A stretch of DNA of 64,000 bases from an uncultured delta proteobacterium (GCA_963760795.1 CAVXEP010000016.1:1-64000); one strand, 5' to 3'; shown: positions 1 to 9,788, counted from the stretch's first letter. Program-made: numbers and translations. The notes: a model not told the origin generated them from the letters alone.

Positions 1-2
1 TG

Positions 3-188
3 TTCTACAACGTCCACAGCGACGCCAACGACGAGCATGGCGATATTAACGAAGCGATCTTGAAAAAATACTGCGTGACCGCGGAGCAACAACAGGCGGC
101 GTTGGCGGCGGCGCGCTTTCGCTGGGAGAATCAGGAAACGCGCCACGATATAATTTATCGGTACTTTGTGTTGGCTGATAGTTTGTAA
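3..188 (+). CDS. 3' end of heme-oxygenase-like diiron (PqqC/TenA/CADD-type) protein, partial
   Basis: Open frame from the window edge: FYNVHSDANDEHGDINEAILKKYCVTAEQQQAALAAARFRWE...*. The F.VH...D.EH pattern resembles the metal-binding helix of this superfamily. Confidence 0.5.
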   Translation, partial: FYNVHSDANDEHGDINEAILKKYCVTAEQQQAALAAARFRWENQETRHDIIYRYFVLADSL

Positions 189-217
189 TAGTTAAGATTC
201 CTGCTTTGTCTCTGTTC

Positions 218-245
218 CGTCATTCCCGCGACGGCGGGAATCCAG
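218..245 (+). repeat. CGTC-type REP palindrome
   Basis: cgtcATTCCCGC-gacg-GCGGGAATccag hairpin; related copies occur throughout the window. Confidence 0.85.
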
Positions 246-257
246 TCTTTGCGTAAA

Positions 258-548
258 ATGGCAAAGCTGTTCTTTGTCTATATCACTGCGAGCAAACGTA
301 ACGGCACGTTGTATGTCGGGGTAACATCCGACTTGCCCGGTAGGGCATGGCAGCATAAGAATAAAGTAGTCGATGGATTTACCGCCAAGTATGAGGTCGA
401 CCTGCTGGTGTATTTTGAACCGCACGAACAGGCGGAGACCGCTATCCTGCGGGAGCGGCAAATCAAGAAGTGGCGCCGTGCCTGGAAGATTCGGTTGATC
501 GAGGAAAGTAATTCACAATGGCGAGATTTATACGACGAAATTGTCTGA
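258..548 (+). CDS. Small stand-alone GIY-YIG nuclease
   Basis: FFVYITAS..NGTLYVGVTSDL..R..QH and AILRERQIKKWRRAWK motifs, about 96 aa. Confidence 0.9.
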   Translation: MAKLFFVYITASKRNGTLYVGVTSDLPGRAWQHKNKVVDGFTAKYEVDLLVYFEPHEQAETAILRERQIKKWRRAWKIRLIEESNSQWRDLYDEIV

Positions 549-560
549 GGGCCTGGATTC

Positions 561-1597
561 CCTAAATTCACAAACCAAGTGCAACACTTATTGGATAAGG
601 TGTTGCCATGGGACAAAACTATGAACAACTTTCGCTTGAAGAGCGCTGTACGCTTTGCCGACTTAGCCAAGCCGGGAAAACAATCCGCCAAATCGCGGCA
701 GCTATGGATCGCGCGCCATCGACTATAATGCGCGAGCTCAAACGTAACACCGGCTCCCAGGTTGGCTACCAACCTGCCTACGCTGACAAGCAGGCCAAGA
801 GCCGGCGCTGGAAAGGTAGCCGACTGTTGCGCGATCCCGATCTTCAAGCCCAGGTTCTCACCGGGCTGCGCCAAGGCTGGTCGCCGGCCCAGGTGGCCGG
901 TCGGCTGAAGCAAGAGTACAGACGGCAGGTCATCAGCTATGAGTCGATCTATCGGTTCATCGACTCCCAGATCCGCCGCACCAAGGACTACGACTGGCGG
1001 CACTACTTGCCGCGGGGGAAAAGCAAGCGCGGTTGGCGCGGTCGCAAAGGCGGGAGCTCGGTGGATCGTATCCAGGGGCGCGTCTCCATCGATCAGCGCC
1101 CGGCCTACATCGACAAGCGCCGACAGCCAGGTCACTGGGAAGCCGATCTGATGCTGTTTGCCAAGTATGGTCAGGCTCTTCTGATGACTCATGAGAGACA
1201 CTCACGCTTGCTCTGCGTCAGCCGTCAGCCGAGCAAGGCGGCTGAACCGGTAGTGAAAAAACTTACTGAACTCTTCGGTCCACTGCCCCCCTCTATGCGT
1301 CGCACTATCACCTTCGATAACGGCACCGAGTTCGCCTACCATCACCGACTCCATAAACTATCGATGCGAACCTTTTTCTGTGATGCTCATGCCCCTTGGC
1401 AGAAGGGCGGCATCGAAAACGCCATCGGTCGCATGCGTCGAGGCTTGCCGAGAAAAACCGACCTCGCTACGCTCTCCGATGACCGCTTGCTCTCTGTGGT
1501 TCGCTCGTATAATCACACCCCAAGAAAGTGTCTTAACTTCAATACCCCGGCCGAGGTCCTCACCCGTGACCTGTTGCACTTCAAATGTGAATCCACC
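561..1597 (+). mobile_element. IS30-family insertion sequence
   Basis: Imperfect 26-bp terminal inverted repeats at 561-586 (cctaaattcacaaaccaagtgcaaca) and 1572-1597 (tgttgcacttcaaatgtgaatccacc). TTC direct repeat at 558-560 and 1598-1600. Confidence 0.88.
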
Positions 1598-1618
1598 TTC
1601 CCGCCTGCGCGGGAATGA
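608..1618 (+). CDS. IS30-family DDE transposase
   Basis: N-terminal HTH (IRQIAAAMDRAPSTIMRELKRN), WSPAQV, ISYESIY, PGHWEADL, TITFDNGTEF, PWQKGGIEN. Confidence 0.95.
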   Translation: MGQNYEQLSLEERCTLCRLSQAGKTIRQIAAAMDRAPSTIMRELKRNTGSQVGYQPAYADKQAKSRRWKGSRLLRDPDLQAQVLTGLRQGWSPAQVAGRLKQEYRRQVISYESIYRFIDSQIRRTKDYDWRHYLPRGKSKRGWRGRKGGSSVDRIQGRVSIDQRPAYIDKRRQPGHWEADLMLFAKYGQALLMTHERHSRLLCVSRQPSKAAEPVVKKLTELFGPLPPSMRRTITFDNGTEFAYHHRLHKLSMRTFFCDAHAPWQKGGIENAIGRMRRGLPRKTDLATLSDDRLLSVVRSYNHTPRKCLNFNTPAEVLTRDLLHFKCESTFPPARE

Positions 1619-1620
1619 CA
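1598..1620 (-). repeat. Right part of REP split by IS30 (left part 552-560)
   Basis: Removing the IS and one TTC restores cctggattcccgcctgcgcgggaatgaca, the inverted partner of REP 218-245. Confidence 0.85.
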
Positions 1621-2679
1621 GTTTGTGGCGTTGGTAGTAATTGGGAAATTGGCGGATTTCTGAAACAGCTCGCATCCGTTGCCTTGAGTCAATTAGCACT
1701 CTTGTTTGTGCTCTGTTTGAGTAATGTTTCCGCCCAGCAGCTCGATACTCTCAATGTCTCCTACGCTTCGGTTACCGGCAGCCGCATCCCGTTGTGGATC
1801 GCCAAGGATGCCGGCTTGTTCGAGAAAAACGGTCTATATGTGAATCTCGTCGTTATCGCTGCCGGCACCGCGGCGATCGGTGCCTTGGCTAGCGGCGACG
1901 TCGAGATCCTCGGCGCACCCGGATCGACGACCATGCTGTCGGCGGCGCGCGGAATGCCGTTTGCGATCATCGGCACCTTCGGTCCGTCGGCGTGGAAACT
2001 GGCCGCTCATCCTTCGATTACCGCCGTCGAGCAGTTGCGCGGTAAGACAGTGGGCATTAGCCGGCCGGGTACGACCGTAGAGTTCGCCACCAGGCGGGCG
2101 CTGGTGAAGTTGGGGCTCAGTCCCGGCAAGGATGTAAATATTCTCGCCACCGGCTTGGCGGAGTCGAACAAACGCCTTCTGGTGATGCACCAAGGCAAGA
2201 TCGACGCGACGTTGGTCAGCCCGGATAATCTTTACGAAGCCGAACAAAAAGGGCTGAAGATTTCGATCCTGGCCGATCTGAAAGATCTGGGCATCTACAC
2301 CAGCGCCAGCGATCTTTCGGCGAAGCGAGACTTTCTGAAAAATCAGCGCCAGCGGGCGCGCGGCTTCATGATGGCGTTTTGCGAGGCGATCGCGCTCGGC
2401 CGAGCGAATAGGAACGTAGCGCTCGCGAGTTTCCGCAAACATATGCGCGAGAACGACGCGCGTCGGCTGGACAATCTCTACAAAAACTACGTCGTCGAGT
2501 TTCTTCCGACCAAGCCTTTCCCGATGGAAGAGGTAATTCAGGCCGAGATCGAAAATATGACACCGACCGTTCCTGAGTTTCGCGGCAAGAACGTTGCCGA
2601 CTTCGTCGATAAAACCATCCTCAGCGATCTCGACCGCGAGGGCTTCTTCACACAGCTCGCCAGCAAGTACGGGAAATGA
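1615..2679 (+). CDS. NMT1/SsuA-type ABC solute-binding protein (true start uncertain, probably downstream)
   Basis: Signal peptide, PLWIAKDAGLFEKNGL, LRGKTVGIS.PG, C-terminal DFVD..IL..L.REGF. Confidence 0.85.
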   Translation: MTVCGVGSNWEIGGFLKQLASVALSQLALLFVLCLSNVSAQQLDTLNVSYASVTGSRIPLWIAKDAGLFEKNGLYVNLVVIAAGTAAIGALASGDVEILGAPGSTTMLSAARGMPFAIIGTFGPSAWKLAAHPSITAVEQLRGKTVGISRPGTTVEFATRRALVKLGLSPGKDVNILATGLAESNKRLLVMHQGKIDATLVSPDNLYEAEQKGLKISILADLKDLGIYTSASDLSAKRDFLKNQRQRARGFMMAFCEAIALGRANRNVALASFRKHMRENDARRLDNLYKNYVVEFLPTKPFPMEEVIQAEIENMTPTVPEFRGKNVADFVDKTILSDLDREGFFTQLASKYGK

Positions 2680-2680
2680 T

Positions 2681-2801
2681 CGTTAGGGGTGAGGGGTAAA
2701 GGGTTAGGCGAAACCCCTTTCACGAATTCACATCCCACATTCGCATTTTTTTCGTAGGGCGGTGGGGAGGTCGCCTGACGCCTCACCCTTTACCCCTTAC
2801 G
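2681..2801. repeat. Inverted pair of 7-bp tandem repeats (TAAGGGG-like)
   Basis: cgttaggggtgaggggtaaagggttaggcg ... cgcctgacgcctcaccctttaccccttacg. Confidence 0.65.
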
Positions 2802-2883
2802 GTTTTTCCCAGCTTATTGACCTGCTGGGATCGATCGGATATTCCATTCAGATTGTTTGATTAGAAGAGGAGAGTTTTACAGT

Positions 2884-4494
2884 ATGCCGTATTTCGATTT
2901 ACATCAGCATCTGAAGAATCTCGAAGAGCATGGACTGCTCAGGCGCATTACCCGCTTGATCAACAAGGACACGGAACTCCATCCATTGGTTCGTTGGCAG
3001 TACCGCGGCTTGGCGGAAGAAGATCGGCGGGCCTGGCTCTTTGAAAACGTGACCGATGCCAAAGGACGCAAGTACGATATGCCTGTCGTCGTCGGCGCTT
3101 TGGCGGGAAAGCCGGAGATCTATTATCTCGGCATGGGCTGCAGTAGCGGCGAAGAGATGGACGCGATGTGGAAAAAAGCTCTGGGCGAGCCGATCAATCC
3201 CATCGCCGTGACCAGCGCCAAGTGCCAGGAGGTTGTCATCCAAGGCAATGAACTCGACAAAGAGGGCAACGGTCTCGACCGCTTTCCCGTGCCGATCTCG
3301 ACGCCGGGCTTCGACAACGGACCCTACACGACTTGCTCGCACTGGATCACCGCTGACTTGGATACGGGGATTCAAAACATCGGCAACTACCGCGGCGAGA
3401 TCAAAGCCGGCAAGCGTGTCGGTGTGTTTCCCTCGGGGTTGGGCCAAGATATTTATCTGCATTGGCAGAAGGCGGTGCAGAAGGGCGTACATTTGCCGGC
3501 GGCGCTGGTGATCGGCGCGCCGCCGATCGTGTCCTATGTCTCGGTGCAAAAAATTCCCTACGGCGTCGATGAGATGGGCGTGGCCGGCGCTCTGGCCGGC
3601 GAGCCGATCCCGATGGTCAAGTGCAAAACCCACGACATCATGGTGCCGGCGGATGCCGAGATCGTCATCGAAGGTTATTTGAATACGGAGTTCATCGAGC
3701 CCGAGGGACCGTTCGGCGAATCTCACGGCTACATGCATCCGCGCCAGTTGAATCCGTTCATGGACGTGACTGCGATTACTTATCGCAAGGACGCGATCTA
3801 CACTTCGTGGCTGAGTCAATTGACGCCGAGCGAATCCTCGGTCATTCGCAAAATCGGCTACGACCGCTTGATGCTGGTGCATCTGCGCGACGAATGCCGC
3901 ATTACTTCGGTCTTGCGCGTCGAGATGCACGAGCCGCTGACCAACACCTACAAGCTGGTGATCATTCAAATGCGCAAGCCCAATGAAGCGGAAGTGTGGC
4001 GCGCACTGCACGCCGCCTGCTCGTTTCATCCCGGCGTCGGCAAGATCGTCGTCGCGGTGGACGAAGATATTGACCCGTCCAACGAGGCCGCGGTCTTCTG
4101 GGCGATGTGCTATCGCATGAAACCGCACAAGGATGTTCACATCGTCCCCGGCATGGAAAAGGGCCATGCGCCACCGTTCCTGTACGAGCATGAGATCAAG
4201 GGCACCGACGTGGTGTCGTACCATTTGCCGGCGGATGAGTCGGCGATGCTGTGCAACGCAATCTTGAAGGAACCGTTTCCTCCGGTGTCGCTGCCCAAGC
4301 GCGAGTACATGGAAAACGCGCGCAAGATCTGGGAAGAGTTGGAACTGCCCAAGCTGCGTCCGCAGATGCCATGGTTCGGTTACTCGCTCGGCCAGTGGAG
4401 CGATGAGCTCGATAACGAAGCGCAGCTGGCCGTCGAAGGCCGCCACTTCGAAACCGGCGAGAAGTTGAAACAGCTCCGGGTCAAGGTTCGATAA
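2884..4494 (+). CDS. UbiD-family (prFMN-dependent) decarboxylase
   Basis: QNIGNYR, VPADAEIVIEG, EPEGPFGESHGY, VAVDEDIDP motifs. Confidence 0.92.
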   Translation: MPYFDLHQHLKNLEEHGLLRRITRLINKDTELHPLVRWQYRGLAEEDRRAWLFENVTDAKGRKYDMPVVVGALAGKPEIYYLGMGCSSGEEMDAMWKKALGEPINPIAVTSAKCQEVVIQGNELDKEGNGLDRFPVPISTPGFDNGPYTTCSHWITADLDTGIQNIGNYRGEIKAGKRVGVFPSGLGQDIYLHWQKAVQKGVHLPAALVIGAPPIVSYVSVQKIPYGVDEMGVAGALAGEPIPMVKCKTHDIMVPADAEIVIEGYLNTEFIEPEGPFGESHGYMHPRQLNPFMDVTAITYRKDAIYTSWLSQLTPSESSVIRKIGYDRLMLVHLRDECRITSVLRVEMHEPLTNTYKLVIIQMRKPNEAEVWRALHAACSFHPGVGKIVVAVDEDIDPSNEAAVFWAMCYRMKPHKDVHIVPGMEKGHAPPFLYEHEIKGTDVVSYHLPADESAMLCNAILKEPFPPVSLPKREYMENARKIWEELELPKLRPQMPWFGYSLGQWSDELDNEAQLAVEGRHFETGEKLKQLRVKVR

Positions 4495-4514
4495 AACTGT
4501 TGGCAGTTGTCGGC

Positions 4515-4552
4515 AAAACCGCCGTGGCTCGAACGAGCCCGGCGGTTTTTTT
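4515..4552 (+). terminator. Intrinsic terminator after UbiD gene
   Basis: GC-rich hairpin followed by T7. Confidence 0.8.
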
Positions 4553-4626
4553 GTCGGGGGGGAATGGCCGCAGAGAACGCAAAAGGCGCAAAAAATATTC
4601 TGTATCCGAAGAAGCGAATATTGTGT

Positions 4627-4707
4627 TCACCACGAAGGACACGAAGATCACGAAGTTCGGAAAGTTGGTTCTCCGAAACCTTCGTGTCCTTCGTGGCTTC
4701 GTGGTGA
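4627..4707. repeat. Palindromic (CACGAAG)n repeat element
   Basis: tcaccacgaaggacacgaagatcacgaag ... cttcgtgtccttcgtggcttcgtggtga; second copy at 31706-31769. Confidence 0.75.
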
Positions 4708-4754
4708 GAAAGTCTGTTTGTTTATAGACAGAGATAACGTTCGACTTGCGCACC

Positions 4755-5349
4755 TCAGCCGGTGATCTCGTAGGGTACGTTGGTCGGGCCTTCGAGTCGG
4801 CGGTAGGCGCCGGTTTCAAAATTGTAATTGCCCTGCAAGACTTTGCCGGCGACGCGCTCGGAGCGGAGGATCAGGCCGTAGGACTTTGCCGGGCCGCCTT
4901 GTTCGGCGTGGATGTCGAATGGCGGCACCAAGTCGACTTTGCCTGGTGTGCCCTGGGTAATGCTCTCGATCTCCAGCTTAGCGTAGCCTTCTTTGCTGCC
5001 GTCGTCGACGCGGCGGTAGCGTTCAAGCGTTTCCGTGCCTTCGAGCAGTCCGTAGGCGGTCCAGGAATGGGCGTGATCGTGGATGCTGCCTTTGCGATCG
5101 GCGCCGTGCACCACGCCGTTGATGGCAAAGCCATAGTCGGGGTCTTCGTAGAAAAGCAGATTGCGCCGGCCGCCGTCGGTGTCCGGCCAAGTTTTGCAGC
5201 TCTGGCGCATGGACTCGTCCTTGACCAACGCCTCGAGCAGGTCGCGCCCTTTGCGCATGCGCGCTTCGGTATCAGGGAGCGCCGTCCAGGCGGCGCGCAG
5301 ATCTTGAATGAACTTTTCAAATACCTGGGAGTCGTTTCGCTGTCGCCAT
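4755..5349 (-). CDS. Cysteine-dioxygenase-like cupin, with a +1 frameshift near 5324
   Basis: IHDHAHSW and DIHAE metal motifs. The N-terminus MATAKRLP/VFEKFIQDLRAAW aligns to the neighbouring paralog once one base is removed. Confidence 0.75.
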
Positions 5350-5366
5350 GATCGCCTCCGTGAGTT

Positions 5367-5948
5367 TTATTTGATCTCGTAGGGAATGTTGGTCGGGCCT
5401 TCGATTTGGCGGTACAGGTCGCCTTCCATGCTGTAGCTGCCCTGCAACACTTTGCCGGCGACCCGCTCGGAGCGCAGGATCACGGCCACTGAGCGGGTCG
5501 GGCCGCCTTGCTCGGCATGGATGTCGAAGGGCGGCACCAGGTCTACTTTCCCAGCGTTGCCTTCGGTGACACTTTCCAATTCCAGCTTGGCGTAGCCTGC
5601 TTTCGAGCGGTCGTCGACCCGGCGAAAGCGTTCCAGGCTCTCCGTGCCGTCGAGGACGCCGTAGGCGGTCCAGGCGTGGGCGTGATCGTGGATGCTGCCT
5701 TTTCGCCCTGGATTACGCACGACACCGTTGATGGCGAAGCCGCATTCCTCGTCTTCGTGAAACAGCAGATTCTTTCTGCCTTCGGTGGACGGCCAGGACT
5801 TCGATGCTTGACGCAACGTTTCGTCTTTGACCAATCCTTCGAGCAGCTTCTGGCCTCGCTTCATGCGCGATTCGGTGTCGGGTAATTCTTTCCAGGCGGC
5901 CCGTAAATCTTCAATGAACTGTTCAAAAGCCGGTATGTGTTTACTCAT
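5367..5948 (-). CDS. Cysteine-dioxygenase-like cupin (tandem paralog)
   Basis: IHDHAHAW...DIHAE; highly similar to 4755-5349; GGAGG-type RBS upstream. Confidence 0.78.
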   Translation of the reverse strand: MSKHIPAFEQFIEDLRAAWKELPDTESRMKRGQKLLEGLVKDETLRQASKSWPSTEGRKNLLFHEDEECGFAINGVVRNPGRKGSIHDHAHAWTAYGVLDGTESLERFRRVDDRSKAGYAKLELESVTEGNAGKVDLVPPFDIHAEQGGPTRSVAVILRSERVAGKVLQGSYSMEGDLYRQIEGPTNIPYEIK

Positions 5949-6008
5949 GGTCCCTCCTCATCGGAAATACCTCCCGCCAAGGCGTAAAGGCGCCAAGTTC
6001 GAAATCGT

Positions 6009-6068
6009 TGTCATTTCGACCGAAGGGAGAAATCTTTCTTAGATCCCTCGCCTTCGCTCCGGATGACG
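6009..6068. repeat. Inverted REP pair (TGTC/CGTC type)
   Basis: tgtcatttcgaccgaagggagaaatct ... agatccctcgccttcgctccggatgacg, flanked by CGCCAAG/CTTTGCG repeats. Confidence 0.7.
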
Positions 6069-6204
6069 GGCCTTGGCCCGTCACCTTTGCGGCCTTAGCG
6101 TCTTTGCGGGACATATTCCGAGTCTTGATTGCAGCCACGCCAAGCTGCTTCTTGTGTGGTGTATCTTCGTTCATGCCAAAAACCAATAGACCGTAAACTT
6201 GGCG

Positions 6205-7161
6205 CTATTTAATCATTTCCCGCCGGACTTCTTCAAGCAGCCTGAAGTCGACGATCTTGTTGATCGGTGTATCGCCGATGGTTTTGTCGGCGCGTTGAAA
6301 CTGGTCAATATGGATTTTCAATCCGGCGTTGCTGGCAGTGCCGTCCTTACTGAACGACTTCGCCAGCGATGCGTAGGACTCCTTGGCGGTGGCGCCGTCG
6401 ACGCGCCATTCCCGTTCGAGGATTTGGATCGTGTCGTCGCCACGTTCGCGGGCGAAGGCGAGACCGCGGTAGAGCGCGCGCAGCAAGCGTTTGGTCAGAT
6501 CGCGCTTGTCGTTCAACTGGCGCTCGGTGGTGGAAAAGCCATTGCTCGGAAATTCGATGGCATCGCCTAGAAAAAGCAGCTCGCGAAAGCCTTTTTGCCG
6601 CAGCAGAACGTTGTCCGGCGGCACGACGACGGTGGCGTCGACCGAGCCGGCGCTGAGCGCGGCAACCCGAGTGCCGGGAAGTCCGATCATTATGAGAATC
6701 GCGTCGCGCTGGGCGTCCATGGCTTCGCGATTAAACGCTATCTTAGTGGCCAATTCGATGGTGTCACCGAAGCGGACGATGCCGATGTATTTGCCGCGCA
6801 GTTCTTGAATCGATTTGAACTGCGGCTTGGCCATCAAGAAATAATTGGGCCGGGAAGCGCCGAAGAAAATGGTCTTGATCGGCGCGCCTCTGGCGGCCAG
6901 GCGCAGCGCCGAGTCGGCGACGCCGTGATAGTCGACTTCGCCGGAGAGAAGCGCATTGTGCGCCAGTTGCGGCAGCATCATCGGCGTGTCGATCTCGATG
7001 TTTTCGTCCTTGAAAAAACCGCGATGGCTGGCGACGAACAGCGGCAGATAGCCCATGGACTTGGCGGGCAGAGCGAGACGCACGCGGTCAGCGGCGGTTG
7101 CCGCCGGCCGCGCAGGGCAAATCATAACAACAGCGGCGATGAGAAGAATTCGCCCAATCAT
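6205..7161 (-). CDS. NMT1/SsuA-type ABC solute-binding protein
   Basis: Signal peptide, YLPLFVA..RGFFKDENI, ELRGKYIGI, KIVDFRLLEEV. Confidence 0.88.
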   Translation of the reverse strand: MIGRILLIAAVVMICPARPAATAADRVRLALPAKSMGYLPLFVASHRGFFKDENIEIDTPMMLPQLAHNALLSGEVDYHGVADSALRLAARGAPIKTIFFGASRPNYFLMAKPQFKSIQELRGKYIGIVRFGDTIELATKIAFNREAMDAQRDAILIMIGLPGTRVAALSAGSVDATVVVPPDNVLLRQKGFRELLFLGDAIEFPSNGFSTTERQLNDKRDLTKRLLRALYRGLAFARERGDDTIQILEREWRVDGATAKESYASLAKSFSKDGTASNAGLKIHIDQFQRADKTIGDTPINKIVDFRLLEEVRREMIK

Positions 7162-7177
7162 CCGAGCGTCTCTGCCA

Positions 7178-7615
7178 TCACGATTCTTGCCGCGCCCGAG
7201 CTTTCTTCTCTTCCGGGGCTTTGATCTTGTCTAAATTGTTCTTGGCAAAGTCACCATGGCCGACTTCTCTACCAGTCATGCTGAAGCGAGGATTCCCCGC
7301 CGGTTCCGCGCGGGCGCCCAAGAGAATCATATATTCGTCGCCGGTGTTGTCGAGCTGGTAGAGTTGCCCCGCCGGAATGGTTACAAGCATGCCGCAATTG
7401 AGCGCACGCGACGGCGCGTCAGGAAAGTGAAACGTGCACTGGCCTTGAACGCAGTAAAACTGCTGGTCGGCCGTGTGCTTGTGCATCGGCCCCTTGGTTC
7501 CCGGATAGTCGCCATGCACCCAGGTGTGAAATTGGTCCGAGGTGAACAACACCTTCTTACTGTGACCGATCTCCAGTTCCGGTTCCTTCATTATATCGAT
7601 GAATTCAGCAGCCAT
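7178..7615 (-). CDS. Cupin domain protein
   Basis: MHKHTADQQFYCVQG...VTIPAG cupin motifs. Confidence 0.8.
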   Translation of the reverse strand: MAAEFIDIMKEPELEIGHSKKVLFTSDQFHTWVHGDYPGTKGPMHKHTADQQFYCVQGQCTFHFPDAPSRALNCGMLVTIPAGQLYQLDNTGDEYMILLGARAEPAGNPRFSMTGREVGHGDFAKNNLDKIKAPEEKKARARQES

Positions 7616-7651
7616 GTTCCTGCTCCTTTTCTGGTTTTTTGACGATTTCTC

Positions 7652-8227
7652 TTAACGCATTGATTCAGACTTTTTGCTTTGGCGAAACTTCTCCCACGCC
7701 GCCATGCCGGCTTTGACCGCGCGGACATCGCCGTCGCCACGGTGGCCGGCGCTGCCGACGGCGCCAACGATGACGTTGTCGACGATCAGCGGGAAGCCGC
7801 CTGGGATTAAAATAATTTGCCCTTCCATCAGGCTCAGCGCGCTGTGAAAACGCTGCGGGTTGGTTTTTATCTGATCGCCGGATTCGGCGGTTGTCTGTTG
7901 CAGTGTGACCGCGCCCACCGCTTTGCCGATGGCGAATTTTACCCAGAACCCCGAAGTTCCGTCCATGGTGTCGAGTGAAATCAGGTTGCCGTTAAAGTCG
8001 ACCACAGCGATGGCGGCGCGGCCATTCTCGGCCTTGACCACTGCTTTGGCGGCTTCAACGATAAGCCGCGCTTCTTCCAATGGCAGAGCTGTGGGCACGC
8101 GGATAATTGGGCGGGCCGAGCGGTCCTCAGCCACAGGTGAAGGTTTTTCTTGTGCTCGAAGGTTAACGACAGAGCCACCGACCGAGGCGATCAGGATAGC
8201 GGTGAAGGTTACTGATAGTTTCATCAT
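7652..8227 (-). CDS. Exported GlcG/HbpS-family heme-binding protein
   Basis: IAVVD..GNL, AIGKA, GGFPLIVDNVIVGAVGSAG...D; signal peptide; RBS ggagg. Confidence 0.85.
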   Translation of the reverse strand: MMKLSVTFTAILIASVGGSVVNLRAQEKPSPVAEDRSARPIIRVPTALPLEEARLIVEAAKAVVKAENGRAAIAVVDFNGNLISLDTMDGTSGFWVKFAIGKAVGAVTLQQTTAESGDQIKTNPQRFHSALSLMEGQIILIPGGFPLIVDNVIVGAVGSAGHRGDGDVRAVKAGMAAWEKFRQSKKSESMR

Positions 8228-8243
8228 TATTGTCCTCCCTGGT

Positions 8244-9788
8244 TCATTTAGTCGCTTGCGCAGCGGCGCGCGCGGCTTGCATCGTCGCGCTGTCGCCGTG
8301 GATGCCGACAATGGTTGCGACGTCGAGATTCAACTTGTCCAGCGCCGGGACAAATTCTTTCACAGTTGCGGCCGGTCGCACTTCACCTTTGCGCGGGCTG
8401 ATATGATCCGCCTCGATAATAATTTTCTCAGCCGGTAAGTAAATGACGACCATGTCTTCGGCGTGAGGCAAGGGCAGGGGATGGACCTCGACGCGGCGCT
8501 GGCCGTCGCTGAGGATGCGCGGGCCGCCGCCGAAGGCTTCGATGACGACGCCAGTGGGCTGTTTTGCCAAGCTGTCAGGTTTGCGAGTATGCGGCGCTAT
8601 GGCGACGCGGCGGTAAAACTCTTTGGCGGAGAACGGGACGACAATGGTCGCGCCGGTGGCCATGAAGGCGCGGATACCTCCCGCGTGGTCGAGGTGGTGA
8701 TGGGTCGGGATCACGTAGCGAATCGGTTTGTTGGGAAATTTGTCTTTGATCGATTGCACCACGGGCGCAGTGCGTTGGTCGTAAAGCGGTCCTTCGACGG
8801 CGATCAAATGATCGCTCATCTCGACGACGATGGTGGCGTGGCCGACGCCTTGGATTTTGTGAATGCCGTTGGCCAAGGGATGCCATTCCACTGCCGGCGG
8901 GCGGCCGAAGTCCTGGTAACTAACGTTGCCGGCGACCCGGCGCGTTATCCATTGCGACGCGATCGGTTTGGCGTCGGTTTTTTCATTACGGACTTCCGGC
9001 GGAATGACAAACGGGTCGGCGACAAAGGTGAGATTATGCTGGATCGATTTGACCTGTTCCTCTTGTAACGGTTTTCCATTGAGTTCGGTGCGCAAGCTGT
9101 ACGGCAGCATCACCGCGCCGCTCTTGCGCCAATCGCCATAGCGCAAGACATAGCTGCTGTCGCCTTCGAGCGGATCGTCTTCGAGTATGTCGACTTGGGT
9201 CGGAAAATAAGTCTTGGCGTCGATGTAAAGATGAAACTCGTCGTTATTGTCGATGAAACTCAAAACATAATTGCGTTGGCCATTTATGTCCGCATCGGCG
9301 CGCCGGCGCAGCGAGCTGTGGCTTGCCGCCGTAAGCAATATTTTTACCGGTGCGCGTTTTTCCTCGCGCAGGCGGGTGGCAAGTCTGCCGGGGTGTAAAC
9401 GGCTAACCTTCGCCGTATCGGTGGCTCCTTCGCGCAGCGATCCGGTGTCGCCGTCGATGACTTCGACGAAGCGGACGCTCTGATTGCGCGCCGAGTTGCC
9501 GCCGTCCCATTCGAGACGGAGGCGCGGCTGGGTCAGGTCGCGGGTTAGCGTGTAGCGAAAGGTGCTGATCTGCCGGGTCGGTCCGAGCGGTTGCGGTGTC
9601 GACGACGAGTCAAACTGCTTGCCTTCGCTTTCGATGACTTCGTTCCTTATTGCCCGCAGAGCGTTCATGCCGCCCATCGCTTTGGCGGCCTGGTCGATGA
9701 TCGCTTTGGCCGATTGGGCTTGAACGCCGTTTGCTGGAAGGGTGAGAGCGATCCATGTCGAGGCGGCGATTAACATTTTGCCGATCAT
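8244..9788 (-). CDS. Secreted metallo-beta-lactamase-fold hydrolase
   Basis: Signal peptide, THHHLDHAGG motif, PHAEDM, GIHG. Confidence 0.85.
   Translation of the reverse strand: MIGKMLIAASTWIALTLPANGVQAQSAKAIIDQAAKAMGGMNALRAIRNEVIESEGKQFDSSSTPQPLGPTRQISTFRYTLTRDLTQPRLRLEWDGGNSARNQSVRFVEVIDGDTGSLREGATDTAKVSRLHPGRLATRLREEKRAPVKILLTAASHSSLRRRADADINGQRNYVLSFIDNNDEFHLYIDAKTYFPTQVDILEDDPLEGDSSYVLRYGDWRKSGAVMLPYSLRTELNGKPLQEEQVKSIQHNLTFVADPFVIPPEVRNEKTDAKPIASQWITRRVAGNVSYQDFGRPPAVEWHPLANGIHKIQGVGHATIVVEMSDHLIAVEGPLYDQRTAPVVQSIKDKFPNKPIRYVIPTHHHLDHAGGIRAFMATGATIVVPFSAKEFYRRVAIAPHTRKPDSLAKQPTGVVIEAFGGGPRILSDGQRRVEVHPLPLPHAEDMVVIYLPAEKIIIEADHISPRKGEVRPAATVKEFVPALDKLNLDVATIVGIHGDSATMQAARAAAQATK

Noticed and set aside
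2899-4446. Long antisense ORFs (also 278-1201, 22891-23928, 50568-51551, 55220-56185)
   Set aside because: Shadows of well-supported genes in GC-rich DNA, with no recognisable motifs.
5317-5319. TGA in MATAKRLPGI* as selenocysteine
   Set aside because: The conserved sequence continues in another frame, so this is a +1 indel; there is no Cys-equivalent position or SECIS.
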